From NCBI GenBank assembly GCA_964036045.1, contig OZ038379.1, forward strand, positions 29,946,001-30,010,000: 64,000 nt of DNA, read 5' to 3'. Under the pieces are notes generated by a model. It was not told the origin of the DNA, searched no databases, and worked only from the letters and a program-made list of their open reading frames with translations. Shown here piece by piece: positions 50,215-62,800 of the stretch. This DNA comes from Eutreptiella sp. 'Long Island Sound 2002'. Its lineage: Eukaryota; Protista; Euglenida. The number at the start of each line of letters is the position of its first letter. The first letter of the stretch is position 1. The translations under genes and the position numbers were made by a program.

Positions 50215-51720
50215 TGGGTCTGGGTTGTGGTTGGGTTCGGGTTTCGGCTGCGCCCCGCCACTCCTGGCTGGGGTGTTGGGGTGTGCATGTGCTTGTGTGC
50301 CTGTTCCGCTTGTACCCCGCCACTCCTGGCTGGGGTGTGCGGTGTGGGTGTGTGTGCTTGGGCTCGGGTCTCGGCTGCGCCCCGCCACTCCTGGCTGGGG
50401 TGTTGGGTTGTGTGTGTGCTTGTGTGCGCGCTCCGCTTGCACCCCGCCACTCCTGGCTGGGGTGTGCGGTGTGGGTGTCTGTGCTTCGGCTCGGGTTTCG
50501 GCTGCACTCCGCCACTCCTGGCTGCGGTGTTGGGGTGTGTGTGTGCTTGTGTGCGTGCTCTGCTTGTACCCCGCCACTCCTGGCTGGGGTGTGCAGCTTG
50601 GGTGTTGTGCTTCGGCTCGGGTCTCGGTTGCGCCCCGCAACTCCTGGCTGGGGTGTCGGGGTTGGTGTCTGCTTGTGTGGGCGCCCCGCCTGCACCCCGC
50701 CACTCCTGGCTGGGGTGTGCGGTGTGGGTGTGTGTGTCTGTGCTCGGGTTTTGGCTGCGCCCCGCCACGCCTGGCTGGGGTGTTGTGGTGTGCGTGTTTG
50801 TGTGCGCGCTCCCCTTGTACCCCGCCACTCCTGGCTGGGGCGCGTAGCGTGGGTGTGCGTGTTTGGGTTCGGGTTTCGGCTGCGCCCCGCCACTCTTGGC
50901 TGGGGTGTTGGGGTGTGTGTGTGCTGGTGTGGGCGCTCCCCTTGTACCCCGCCACTCCTGGCTGGGCTGTGCGGTCTGGGTGTGGGTGTTTGGGCTCGGA
51001 GTTCGACTGCGCCCCACCACTCCTGGCTGGGGTGTGCGGTGTGGGAATGTGTGTTGGGGCTGGGGTTTCGCCTGCGCCCCGCCACTCCTGGCTGGGGTGT
51101 TGGGGTGTACGTGTTTGTGTGCGTGCTCCCCTTGTACCCCGCCACTCCTGGCTGGGGTGTGCGTGGTGGGTGTGTGTGCTTGGCTTCGGGTTTCGGCTGC
51201 GCCCCGCCACTCCTGGCTGGGGTGTTGGGGTGTGTGTGTGCTCGTGTGCGCGCTCCGCTTGTACCCCGCCACTCCTGGCTGGGGTGTGCGGTGTGGGTAT
51301 GGGTGTTTGGGCTCGGGTTTCGGCTGCGCCCCGCCACTCCTGGCTGGGGTGTTGGGGTGTGCGTGTTTGTGTGCGTGCTCCCCCTGTACCCCGCCACTCC
51401 TGGCTGGGGTGTGCGGTGTGGGTGTGTGTGCTTGGGCTCGGGTTTCGGTTGCGCCCCGCCACTCTTGGGGAGGGTGTTGGGGTGTGTGTGTGCTGGTGTG
51501 CGCAGTCCCCTTGTACCCCGCCTCTCCTGGCTGGGGTGTGCGGTGTGCCTGTGTGTGTTTGTGTGCGCCCTCCGCTTGTACCCCGCCACTCCTGGCTGGG
51601 GTGTGCGGTGTGGGTGTGTGTGTTTGGGCTCGGCTTTTGCCTGCGCCCCGCCAGGCCAGGCTGGGGTAGTGGGGTGTGCGTGTTTGTGTGCGTGCTCCCC
51701 TTTTTCCCCGCCACTGCTTG
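50215..51720. repeat. GT-rich minisatellite of about 24 monomers (60-65 bp) alternating A/B in ~127-bp dimers
   Basis: The core CCCCGCCACTCCTGGCTGGGGTGT recurs at about 50253, 50315, 50380, 50442 and onward. It is preceded alternately by GGCTGCG and TTGTA. Confidence 0.95.
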
Positions 51721-52101
51721 CATGACACAAAAACACATTGAACTACCTTCCCGAAATCCAGAAGCTTCAGACCGGGTTGATGTGAAGGTCACCTACCTAT
51801 AGCCACCTGCACACCTCAGTGGGTCTAAAAACCTGTTAAGTGCTCATGACACACAACCTGAAGTGCTCATGGCACGGAAAAAAGATAGTATAAAAATACT
51901 AAAACAAAACCTCTGTTTTTTCAAAACAAAAGCAGGTAAACAAAAGAAAAGACACTCTGCTCACAAGAAGGCAGGTGCACAGCAAAATAAATGAAAAAAA
52001 TGAGCAGTTCACACTCAGTGCAAAGTGCAAAGCACCGCTTACCCAGCCACTGCTTAAAAGTGAACAAATTTGTATGCACATGGAAAAATAAAGCAAAGGC
52101 A

Positions 52102-52172
52102 CTGTGCTGTGTTGTGCTGTGCTGTGCTCTGCTGTGCTGTGCTGTGCTGTGCTGTGCTGTGCCATGCTGTGC
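52102..52172. repeat. (GCTGT)n microsatellite
   Basis: Read directly from the sequence. Confidence 0.95.
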
Positions 52173-52369
52173 CATAAATGCATGCTTGCTGCCATGCTGT
52201 CATGCTGCCTGGTGCCATAAATGTGCACGTAAGTGCTCTGCATCCAGCGAAAGCAAAGTAGCGCCAAAGGCCGCCACAAGGTGGTATACTTGACAACCAG
52301 ACAAGCCTGGCCCTGACATGTATCACTGGGCATATCAGCCCACAAACAAAAGCCAGGCAAGCCCATTCC

Positions 52370-53047
52370 TCAGCGCCACAAAAGAAGGCGCGTACGGCGC
52401 TTATAACAACCAAAAGTGGCTTCGTTGGAAGACTCAGTTTGCACATGCATCAAATCTAAATTCCTGTCCAAGTTGGCCTGCGGCTGGGACATGTCCTCCA
52501 AGAGCGCAAGGAGGGTCTTGGCAGCTTGCTGTTGACGCACTCGTCTGCCTCCACGCTTGCCGCGCTGTCGCGTGGGCCCGGGGGTGGATTTGCATGAGCT
52601 GGGTGTCTCAATCCCAGCCACAGCGCCATCAGCGGCGGCGCACTGTGAGTAGGCGTGCACATTCACTTGCGTGCGGGGAGTGTCTCTTTGCTGCGCAGCA
52701 CCTTGGGCGCACTCGGTAGCGCCATTCTGAGTGTCTCCTTGCAGCGCAGCACCTTGGGTGCACTCGTTAGCGACATTCTGAGTGTCTCCTTGCAGCGCAG
52801 CACATTGGGCACACTCGTTAGCGCCATTCTGAGTGTCTCCTTGAAGCGCAGCAGCCATACCCAAGGTGTTGGCAGCTTGCAGCAACGGGTCGACTTTTGT
52901 ATTCACTTTGCTGTGTAACGCAGGTTGTGAACTGGCGATGTCCTCTAGCTTCTGCACCGCGCACGCTGCCTTAGTCCTGTGAGGCACAAAGAGCGAACGA
53001 ATGAAACTCACCAACAGCCTGTGGTCAGTCAAATGACCCAGGAACAC
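52370..53047 (-). CDS. 225-aa ORF of unknown function with 17-aa tandem repeats
   Basis: A 51-bp unit occurs about 3.4 times at 52680-52852 and encodes AALQGDTQNxAxECxQx, followed by basic RGKRGGRR. It may be a pseudo-exon. Confidence 0.4.
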   Translation of the reverse strand: MFLGHLTDHRLLVSFIRSLFVPHRTKAACAVQKLEDIASSQPALHSKVNTKVDPLLQAANTLGMAAALQGDTQNGANECAQCAALQGDTQNVANECTQGAALQGDTQNGATECAQGAAQQRDTPRTQVNVHAYSQCAAADGAVAGIETPSSCKSTPGPTRQRGKRGGRRVRQQQAAKTLLALLEDMSQPQANLDRNLDLMHVQTESSNEATFGCYKRRTRLLLWR

Positions 53048-53626
53048 TCAAATTACAGTCACAGCACCCACGAACAATCCAAGGACACTCACGGCATGCA
53101 CCCACACTCAAGTAGTGGACACAGGACTCAGGAACACTCAATGGGCAAGCAGCAGCAGCAGCAGAAGCAGCAGGAGCAGCAGCAGCAGCAGCAGGAGCGG
53201 CAAGCAGCTGCTGCGGGGGGCGGCGACCGCAAACCTTCTGCTCGTCTGCAGCTCTTGACGGTTTTCATTCCTCCTCTTCTTCTGATTTCATCTCCTGCAG
53301 CTTCTTGCGGGTCTTCTCTTTGCTCTCTTTCGTCTCCTCTTCGTTCCCTCCTGTTATTTTTCTATTTCTTCTTCAAGCCCAACACTGACACAGAAAGCAG
53401 CAACGGATGTGAAGGCAGCAGGACTGCTACACCTTTGCAATTTTTTTCAGATGAAAAGGAGACCAATGACATGACATAAAGCACACCTTTTCCCGTAAAT
53501 CTTCGTTATTCAGTCTCCAGCCCAGTGAACGGGATGTGCGCGCTTTTCGACGGATGCTGCCGGGGGAATTTTGCTAGGGTCGGTCGGCAAACGCAAAACA
53601 AAATTCTAACTTCCTATGGCCTACCT

Positions 53627-56600
53627 TTTTGCACTGAACGGCGCCTTTTGTGGCTGGCCAGGCCGGGGAGAAAGGCTCTTGCGCGCCAAGCTTTTTCAGG
53701 GAGGGGCGGGAGCCCGAAACCAAGTTCAGGCGCGGGCTGAGTACCGCTGCACGTTGCTGTCCTCCTCTGCCTTATCTCAATGAGACCTGGCAGCCCCTTT
53801 ATAGACAAACGCAGAGCCGGGGTCTCTGCCTGACTCCCGAAGGCTGTACGGTTGTCGTTTGGGGGTTAGAGCATGACGGCTTGAGCACAGGGGGTGGCTT
53901 GGGGGAGGGATTCATTTGCAGAAGTGACTGGTGAGTGCCAGTGTGGTAGTACTGATTGTTTGCGCCGTGTTAGGGCTGTTGAGGGCTGGCGTGAGAGAAA
54001 CGTGTAAGTGTGGCTTTTTCAAAGAGATGACACGTTGGACGAAGATGAGGACGATTGTGAGTTTGTGCTCGCGGGAGGGGGGGGGGGGCTGGTGCGAAGT
54101 ACCTTGTTATGCGGGGAGAAGGGGCGGAAACAGGGGCGGAGGCGGCGAGGGGGGGTGCTGGTCGAGGGGGGGGGGGGGAGGTTGAACATGTTCCGGATCA
54201 TGAGCGGCCGTTTGGGGGGCGGGGGCTCTGGCTGAGGTTGGCTTGCGGTTTTGCGTTTCAGCGATAGAGGCCGGACAGGTTTCGGGGGCTGGCGGGTGTG
54301 TTTCCGAGCTTTGGCGTGTGCCGCAGGGGGTGGGGAACGGGGGCGCTTTGGAGGCTTGTGTGCCACTTTGTCCGGGAGGGGGGGGGGAGGGTGGTAGGCG
54401 GGGGGGGAGGCGCTGTAGGGCGTTGTGTGACGTGCTGTAAGGCGACCAGGGGCGTCCCCATGAGTTGGGGCCCGTGGGGGGGGTGAGCGGGGCTGGGGGG
54501 GGGTTTTCGTTTAGCCATTCCAGCGTGCGGTAGAGGGCATTGAGGAGCAGGGGAACACGAGCCTTCAGGGCAATTTTTAAGTCATGACAGTGTGCTGGCT
54601 TTCTTCGGCCGGAGGGGGGGGTTGTGAGTTTGGTGTACAGGGACATGGGGACAAGCCCCCGGACGAACTTGCGCCTCTCCCCGACGTGTGTGGTCGCGGA
54701 CCACCATTGGGATACCACCGTGGTGAAGGGGGGGCGCCAGCACTGAATGTAGGTTTGCACCAGGTGTTCGCACGTTGGGCAGTGTGAGACGAAAGAGATA
54801 ACATCCATTGGGTGCGGGTCGGGGCAAGCGTGGCAATGGCGAGGGCGCAAGTCGTCCTGGAAAGCAAAAGCCGCCATGCTGAAGTTTCCGGAGGACCATT
54901 TGAAGGGGAGGCCTTGGAACCATGAAGTGTGGTTGTAAAAATGGAAGCTGGACGGTGCGTGGATGTTTTCGTGTTTGTGGCAAGGGAGGAGGTGCTTGAC
55001 TGAGGTGGTAGTCAGTTTGTGTATGACGGGGAGGGGGCCTCTGGATATGCACCCTATCGGGGGGGGGGGAGGAGGGAGGGGTCCCAGACCATCATGTGGG
55101 CGGCCCACTTTGAGTAAGCATCCGAGATCTCATTCCCCACAAACCCTGCGTGCCCTTTGATCCACCCCCAACCCTGGATCATCCCTGGGCGTAGGGAGGC
55201 CTGGATGGACTGAAGAGAGGATTCCCACGTGCCGGCTGGTGAGCGTGATGGGAGGTCTGGGGGGGTGCTCGGGGAGAGAACAGTGATAACGTGGAGGTTG
55301 TCCCCTAGCACGGCAAAGGTGAGGTGCGGGTGAGATGCAAGGGCCCACCGTAGGAACATAATAGCCGCCCAGAACTCCGATCTCTCTGAGGACTGGTATG
55401 GGGACGTTTGGCACAGCAGCCATCTGGAGCCATTTGGGAAAAACAGGGTGGCTGCAGACCCGTAGCCCAAGGCGCCCGCTGAGCCATCCAAGTAAACCCA
55501 TGTCGTGCCGGGGGACGATGTGAGGAGGGGGGCAAGGGCTGCTTCACAACCCCACTCTTCGAGGTCATTGGGGTCAAGGGAGTGAGGTTCATCTGGGAGC
55601 CGGTACAGCTCGCCATGCAGCGACGAGTCGAGCAGAACTCCGCCGTGTGGCCCGGGGGGGGGGGGGTTGAGGATGTACTCTTGGGGGTGGAGAAGGGGAG
55701 GGGTGAGCAGTTCGTGGTGCCCCGCCAGTTGGGGGCGGACAGAAATTGCTGGGTTTTGAAAGGTGTACTCTTTTTCGTTGCGGCGGAGATCGGGGTCTTT
55801 GATGGTGTGGGTGGTGCCGTCCGGAAACTGGAGTGTGGCCGATTCTGTGTGCACCCTCGTGACTGTTCCTAGGTGGAACCCTAGGTCTTGGGGTGTTCGT
55901 TTCAACCTGTTGCCGAACTTGCTGTATTGTGGTGCTGGTTTGGTGGCTAGGAACCGGACTTGGACTTTCTCTTTCGGGAGGAAGAGGGAGGGGGGGCAGG
56001 AGGCCCAGAGGCCGGTGCTGTGGTACCGGAGGCCTATGGTGTGGCACGCGTCCATGACGATGTTTTGGATTGGGTTGCGTGTGGTGGAGAGCATCGCTTC
56101 GGAAAAGGATTCGTTTGTTGAGGCTGGGTCGTCCCCGCTGAGGTACCTGATTGCGGCGTTCACCAGGGCCATGCAAATGGCAAAAGTGAAGTGGCGGAGT
56201 CCTAAGCCTCCCTGGTGGCGGGGGGTGTAGCGGTCCTTAGGAGAGACGAGGCGGGAAATCCTGTTGGCCTTGTCCGGGGAGGGGTTATGTGCAATATTTT
56301 GCCAGATCATGGCCTGGAGGGCTCCCAACTCGTTCTGGGCCAGGGGGTGTGCCATGAGGCGGTAGGAAAGAATGGGGATGAGTTGGACGTTTACTAAGAG
56401 AATGTATTCCGAAAGGGTGAGCCGGAGGGGTTGGAGGGTTGTGAAAAAGGAGCGTATTTCCGACATGGCCAATGCCAGCGTTTGTGCCTCGTGGTTGGCG
56501 GTGAAGATGTACACCCCTAGGTATTTGTAGCAGTTGTGTGGTTGCCCCGTCTTCTGGTTGGTTGTTGACAGGGGGATGCCCGAGGGGGAGGTGAAAGTTC

Positions 56601-57172
56601 TGGGGGGGGCTGTTCCCATAGCGTGGATTTCGGTTTTGCTGAGGTTTAAGTCCAGGCCCCACTCCCTGGCGACTGTGTCGAAGAAATTCAAAATCTGTTG
56701 TATGCGGTCCCCATCCTCTGATCGATAGAGGAGGTCGTCAACGAAGGCGTGGCCCGACTTGTGTGGGGAGGGGGGTGCCGTGACGTGAGACGGCAGGGCG
56801 AAGAGGAGAACGTTCAGGTAAAGGCAGAAAAGGATGGGTGACATGGGGCATCCCTGCCGAACACCTCTGGTTTGCATGTGGGAGGAGTGGGTGTGCCCTG
56901 ACACCACCGGAATGTCACGGGGGGCACGGTACAAGGATTGAATGAGGTTTACAAGGTGCGTGGGAAAGTTCAGGCGGGACAGCACTGTGAAGAGGGTGGT
57001 GTCGGGGACGGAGTTGAAAGCCTTATTGAAATCAATGTAGAGGCTGTAGCTACCGACTGATTCCCGAAACGTGGATAAGAGGTTGAAAATGTGGTCTTGG
57101 CATCTTCGGTTGGGAAGCCCGCCGAACTGGGTGGGGTGTATGATGGAGTGTTCGATGGCCGCTGTCAGTAGC
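53627..57172 (-). mobile_element. 5'-truncated non-LTR retrotransposon (RT, RNase H, Zn finger), 3546 bp
   Basis: 15-bp TSD TCCTATGGCCTACCT at 53612-53626 and 57173-57187, with a short poly-A. Motifs: YIDFNKAFNSV, GVRQGCPMSPILF, FVDD, YKYLG, YLDGS, WIKGHAGFVGNEISD. Confidence 0.95.
54107..57170 (-). pseudogene. LINE ORF2 (RT-RNase H) with a single frameshift in the G-run at about 55069-55080
   Basis: ORF 55054..56985 extends upstream to about 57170. ORF 54107..55108 continues the homology to 46641..47702. Confidence 0.85.
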
Positions 57173-58579
57173 TCCTATGGCCTACCTCCCTCAAAGAACC
57201 TTATCAAGTACAACAAACCATTGTTAACACCATTTGTATCGTGGTTTGCTTTAGTATTCATTGTATGATATGAAGTCGGAGGCTTCCGCATTTCTAAATA
57301 CCAATGCTACTCATTGGTGAAATGCTTTTGCCACTATGTCATTCAACAAACCTTATCGTCAATAACAACCCTTTTGCTCAATGCTTTGCTTTACTCTTCA
57401 CGATGTTGTATCAGGCAGGGGCCTTGTGCACTTTTTAAAAGCTCGGGGCAATAACAACAACCATCCAAAAGCCTCTAGGAAATACAACAATGCAAATACC
57501 CCAACACCATACTGTCAAAAACACATTGAGTGCTTGAGGGAGCTGATTGCTGAGCCTGAAGCATCGCAGTGTGATTGATTTGGATGCCAGTTTCTCATTT
57601 TCTCGAAAAACAGGGTGTTTTTCATGAAATGAGCGATTTTCCTTTTTCGTTTCATATGAAATGAGCGGTCATTTTTTCTCGTATCACTTTTTTCGAGATT
57701 TTTTAATCTCATTCCCATCACTACCTTATGGTTCCTTGCTTGGCAGGAGTGTTTTGCAACTGACTTATTTTTGTCGTTAAGACCCATATAATACGGCAAG
57801 CGGCATTGGGGTCTTGTCCAAAACTCCTCTACATTTGTACGTTTCTCTTCAGATGGGCAGGGAAAGGGTGAATGCTGCACAAGTCCTTCAGCAAAGAGGC
57901 ATTGATCGCACAATATATAAAATTGTAGTATGAGTGAATGAGCAGCTTGATAACACCTTGGTGAGAGAAAACAGAACGACCTCGTCAAAAAAAACGCGTA
58001 CAACACGTCTTGCAAGAGATCAAAACACACCTTGCCTCCAAGCCTAAGCAGAGAAACGCGTAGTGGCGTCCTTAGTAGGCCACGGTTGCTTAGTAGTGCC
58101 ATGTACGCTTGTCACTTCACAGGTGGGCCAATAGGGTCTGAGAGACCCTGGTCATCGCCACCAAGCAGGGCGTGTAGGTGTTAGGGGCGGTAGGCCTGGA
58201 TGGGGGCTAGAGCACGGAGATGCTCTCTTCTCCTTCGAAGGCACATACCACTGATAGTGTGTGTAGTGTAGTGGGCTATCTGTCCCAAAGGCTTTTGTGT
58301 TTGGGCAGGGAAGTGTGTTAGTCTTTTGGCCATTAGCCGAAACAGGCGTTTCATAAGCCCTTTGAACACTTTGCCCATCCCTCCCCTTTAGTAGGTCCGG
58401 CTTTTGCCGTTTAGGCGCCCAAGAAGACGCCAGCACGGAAACAGGGCGTGCTAGGAAAGGTAACCATAGTCTGCTAGGAGCTTCGGTTCAACACAAGGGA
58501 AGGCCTTACCCCATCTTCATCAAGGGAGAGAACGTGAGACACATACTATACAGACATAGCACACCCAGGGGTAGTGTAT

Positions 58580-59860
58580 GCAAGGTGCTCTCACGTATAG
58601 GAAGGTTCCAATCCCCGGGCTTTTTGTGCGAAGCAAGCATCTCAGCTAGCCTCAGCAACTCTCCTAGGTTGCTCTGGGACATGTAGTCAACGAGAACAGA
58701 GTTTAGGTGTCCATCAGGAAGAATAAAGGTAGAGAAGGGTTCCGAGGTAGCTTCTTCCACTCCAAACCCCTCTGAGCGGGTCAGGAAGAGCCACCCTTGG
58801 CTGTACCGTGGCGTAGAATCCTTCCTTAGCCATCTCTTCAGCATTCATGTCGGGGAGTTCTCCTTCCTCTTCCATGGGGCTAGGAGCGCCCTGTAGGTCC
58901 AAAGCGGCGATCTCCTAGTGGTTCAGTTCCCATTGTGCTCCACATAGGTCCTTAGGATCGTAGTAGTGCTTCAAATCTTGCTCTGCGCACACCACAGTGC
59001 CCCCTAACCGGGGAGAACAGCGCACGTTGATGCGGTCGCCGTCCACTGAAAGGATCTTGTAGGGTCCGAAGTAGGGGTCGTTGCTAATAGAGCCTGGCCA
59101 AGCAGGTAGCTGATTGTGGTGCACCAACACCCAGTCACCTTCTTGGTACGTGGCAGGCACTCAGTGCTTATTCTTCCTGTTCCACTGTCGCTCCCTCACT
59201 CGCTGGAGCATAGCCTTGGCCTTGTCTACCTTCTCTTGCTGCTCCTTTAGCCATCTTCCTACTGTGGAGTAGCAATCCTCAGGATAGGGAGCATGTAGAA
59301 ACCATGCTGGGCGCCCCATGAATAGCTCGTGGGGTGAATAGCCAGTTGCTGAACTCTCATGCGAGTTCATCATCTGGTAGATAACGGGGAGTAGTCTCGC
59401 CCTAGTCCTTGGTGCATTCATTCTTGCACCATATCCTAACATTGCCGTGCAGAACTCGGATTTGTCCCTCACACAGGGGGTTGCTGGTGTGAGTATAGGG
59501 AATCTCCGTAGACACTTGGACATGAAGGGCCCTCATGACTCTCTTATACCAACGAGTGCGTGAGCGCACTCTGACATCTTCGTCACTGTTGATCTTCTTC
59601 AGTGCACTATTGACACTGAGCCACTCTTCGAGGAGGATCTTGATGGTCTCCTCACCGTTGATATGTTTGGTGCACCGGAACACTCGGTTGAACCTGGTCA
59701 GGCCGCATTTCACCACTAGGGCGAAGTCACAGCCCCCAAACTTCGACATCTCTGTGTAGTCCACGTAGAGTACACTGCTGGCATAGTTTGGGATGGAAAG
59801 GGTCCAATACAGACCTCTGTCCCTCACATCTCCAGGTCTGTAGGACTTGCACAGTCACTC
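58580..59860 (-). pseudogene. Ty3/Gypsy integrase with C-terminal chromodomain, degenerate
   Basis: LYVDYTEM (D), INSDEDVR (D), SNPLCEGQI (E), ATGYSPHELFMG, YFGPYKIL (GPY/F), and GWLFLTRSEGFGVEEATSEPF (chromodomain). Stops and frameshifts are present. Confidence 0.9.
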
Positions 59861-59871
59861 GTCCACGCTAG

Positions 59872-62800
59872 TGACGTGTTCCCGTGGGGGGCCTGGCCAC
59901 GGGACGCTGCGGTGGACACGCACAAGTGAGCAGGCAGGCAAAGCACTACGCTCACAGGGGCATCATTGCGCTCGTGTCATGTGACAAAGCGTTTCAGGAT
60001 CCTTGCCACTCTGAAACAAAGGAAACAAAAGTATGTACAGCAACACATCAGGATATGTACACATGGGGTTAAGACTGGACTGGGGTAAGGGCATCACAGG
60101 ACAATTGACACTCAGTCCCAACACATATCCCAATCCCAGGTCCGACCCTCTCAGTGGCTGGTGGGGGCGGGGGCTCAAACACATCCCATGCCCTGCTCAG
60201 TCCGGACCCTGAAACCCTGCCAAAAGGGGGGGTGTCCCGCCCAGCCACAGGCCAGTTCCTGCGAACCAAGGATCTCCAAGGCCAACCGACAGTGGCTCCC
60301 TATGCTACCTTAACGGCAGGTTCCAACTCCTCTCTGAGCCAGAGATATGGCTCCGCCATTATCCCCTAGGAGTTGGTAGCTGAAAATGGGCTGTTTCAGC
60401 CCAAACTGATATTAGCTCGAAAATCTCCACAGTTGACCCCTAGTCTGGACCCGCCAGAGGTAGGGACGAGGCAACTGACCCTATGCCCTTCGAGTACGAA
60501 CTCCCTGGAGCCCTCACCCAACCTGGTTCCCTCTGAGGTTCCGGCATCAGGGCACCACAGGTTCGTCAAGTGGGGTCATGATGCCAAAATCACCAAGATT
60601 GGCGTCATTCCCACGCGTGGATCGCCCGGCCAAGGTAAGGCCAATGGCTCACAGGAGAGGAGGCAGGACCTAGGACTTCTATCTGAGTGTACAACTTCAA
60701 ATTAGGTCCGGGCTCCCTGTGGGCATAGAGATATGGGGCCGCCAATTGACCACACGGGGGGGGTGAAATTTGGGTCCCAAAAGGGGGTCATTTTGGCTGC
60801 TCGAAATGAGCCATCATTCGGGGGTGCTCCCAATAGTATATCTCCACGCCGGCTTGGAGATCGGATCCGCCATTCCATACGCGATCCACCCGGAGTCTAA
60901 CAAAGACTCTCATGCACTTGGCTCTCAGAGATCTCCATGCCACTTGGCGTGGTGACAATCCCAATTGGGTCCACAAATGCCAAAATGGCAAAATTGCCCA
61001 CACTCACTTTGGGCTAGCACCTTAACGAAGGTTGCTCCGCTTCGCCCACGTGGTGTGTGAACCATGGGGACCAATATGCATAACACCCATGTCATATATG
61101 GTCCATTGGTCCATGCGTCCGGCGTGCACGGGTGAGCTGAACATAGTGCACGGCGGGCAGAAAATGTGGAAAATTGCTCAAAATGGCCGAAAATGCGCAC
61201 ACTCATGGTTGGGGCAAATGAGGCACATGCCCGACTTGGACCGGAGTGTGCCATAGGATTGGTATCAAGTCATATGTGTCCAACATATCTTTTGGGCGTC
61301 GCCCAACTCCTCCGGTTTTGGGAATGGCAGGGTCGCCAAGTGAGCCCATAATTTGGGATAGGCCCAAATCGCCAATATGGCGGCCACGGTATGCCAAGCC
61401 CAAGAGGAGTTATTCGCCGGGTCCAAGATATGTTGGGCACCGAAGTATGTACCCTCATAACATACTTGGGTCATGATGTCACTTGAGCGCAACATTGAGA
61501 TACACGGTCGCCACTTGACATCATGACGGGCAAAAAACAGCAATATTGGCGAAAAAACACCCAAAAGTGCCTTGAAAGGCGCACAAATATATTATAATAT
61601 CTTCGGCTTGGATTGAGTAATCGACCAATCCTTCTAAACACAATGATCTGACAGCAATGACCTTCGATTCCACATATGTGCTCCACTTGGGGCGCTTTGG
61701 AAGGTCGCGCGCGCTGCCTCCCAAGTGGGCACATGCAAAAATGGAATATTGCAAAAAACACACCTTGCTCGCAACGCATCGCTTCGGGAGCGCTCCACAA
61801 GCGTCCCTTCACGAAGGTTAGGCTTGCGAGTGTTGGTTGGGAGTACAATGAAGGGCCTCGTGCGATATGGGATCCATTGGCCGGTTAGTCTTGGAATGGT
61901 GCACCCGCCAAATGGGCACACGATATGACACCAAATATGGCATACAACCCTACCCACGCCTTCTACACCCAACCTAGTGGCCCGGAACCAAAGTATGCCT
62001 ATATTCTAATGTAACTTTGGTCCCTTAACACGCATGCAAGTGCTTTGGTCGAAAATCGACCTCCTTTCGGAAAGCCGAATTTTAGCATGCACGCAAAATA
62101 TATTGCCAATATGTATATGGAGATCATATATGCACTATCCGGGGAAGGCAAGTGATATGCCCCGGATGTAGAGGCAAGCAAGGGTGGGACAAACGCCAAC
62201 TCAACATACTTCTACACGTACTTGGACGCCAAGTACGTGAAAAAGCGCACTTCTTGGAGAACACTCAAAATGAATAACCCTTTGGGCCTATTGAGTTGGG
62301 ATCCTTTGGCCTCATCCTATGACTATGGGGGGCAAAACCTCATACACAGTGCCTATGAGGCACGTTAGTTCGCCCTTGGGCGCTTGAACGCTCGTAACCC
62401 TTGTTATTCCACTTGGGGGTTCGAAGCGCCTTCGGCTGCCCAGACTTTCTGGGAAAAATCTGGGACGCGATCCGTTATATCAAGGAAAAAATTGCGGATC
62501 ATTCGAAGACCGTTTCAGTCTTAACTTCAAGAGAAATCGTATTACAGAATAATCTAATGCAGTCCACGGAACAGGCGACGACAGGCGGCGCGACTGCGGC
62601 GATTTCACGACAATTGGAAATCGCGGTAGAAATCGGGTGTTTCACCGATTTCCGACCGAGAATCGCCTAAGACAATAAAGTTATGGTAAATCTACATTGA
62701 TTCAATGGTTAAGGATCGGATTCCAGATCCGGCGGATTAGAAAACAGGGATATCCCGCTGACATCCGGTGTCACGGCTTCCGCACGGGTGTGACGGCTCA

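Noticed and set aside
50215-51720. CRISPR-like array (palindromic repeat plus spacers) and 500-600 aa ORFs
   Set aside because: The spacers are homologous to each other and alternate, there are no cas genes, and the context is eukaryotic. The long ORFs arise because the repeat lacks stop codons.
58097-58500. 3' LTR of the Gypsy element
   Set aside because: A TG..CA pair can be drawn, but there is no adjacent polypurine tract, no second LTR and no TSD in the window.
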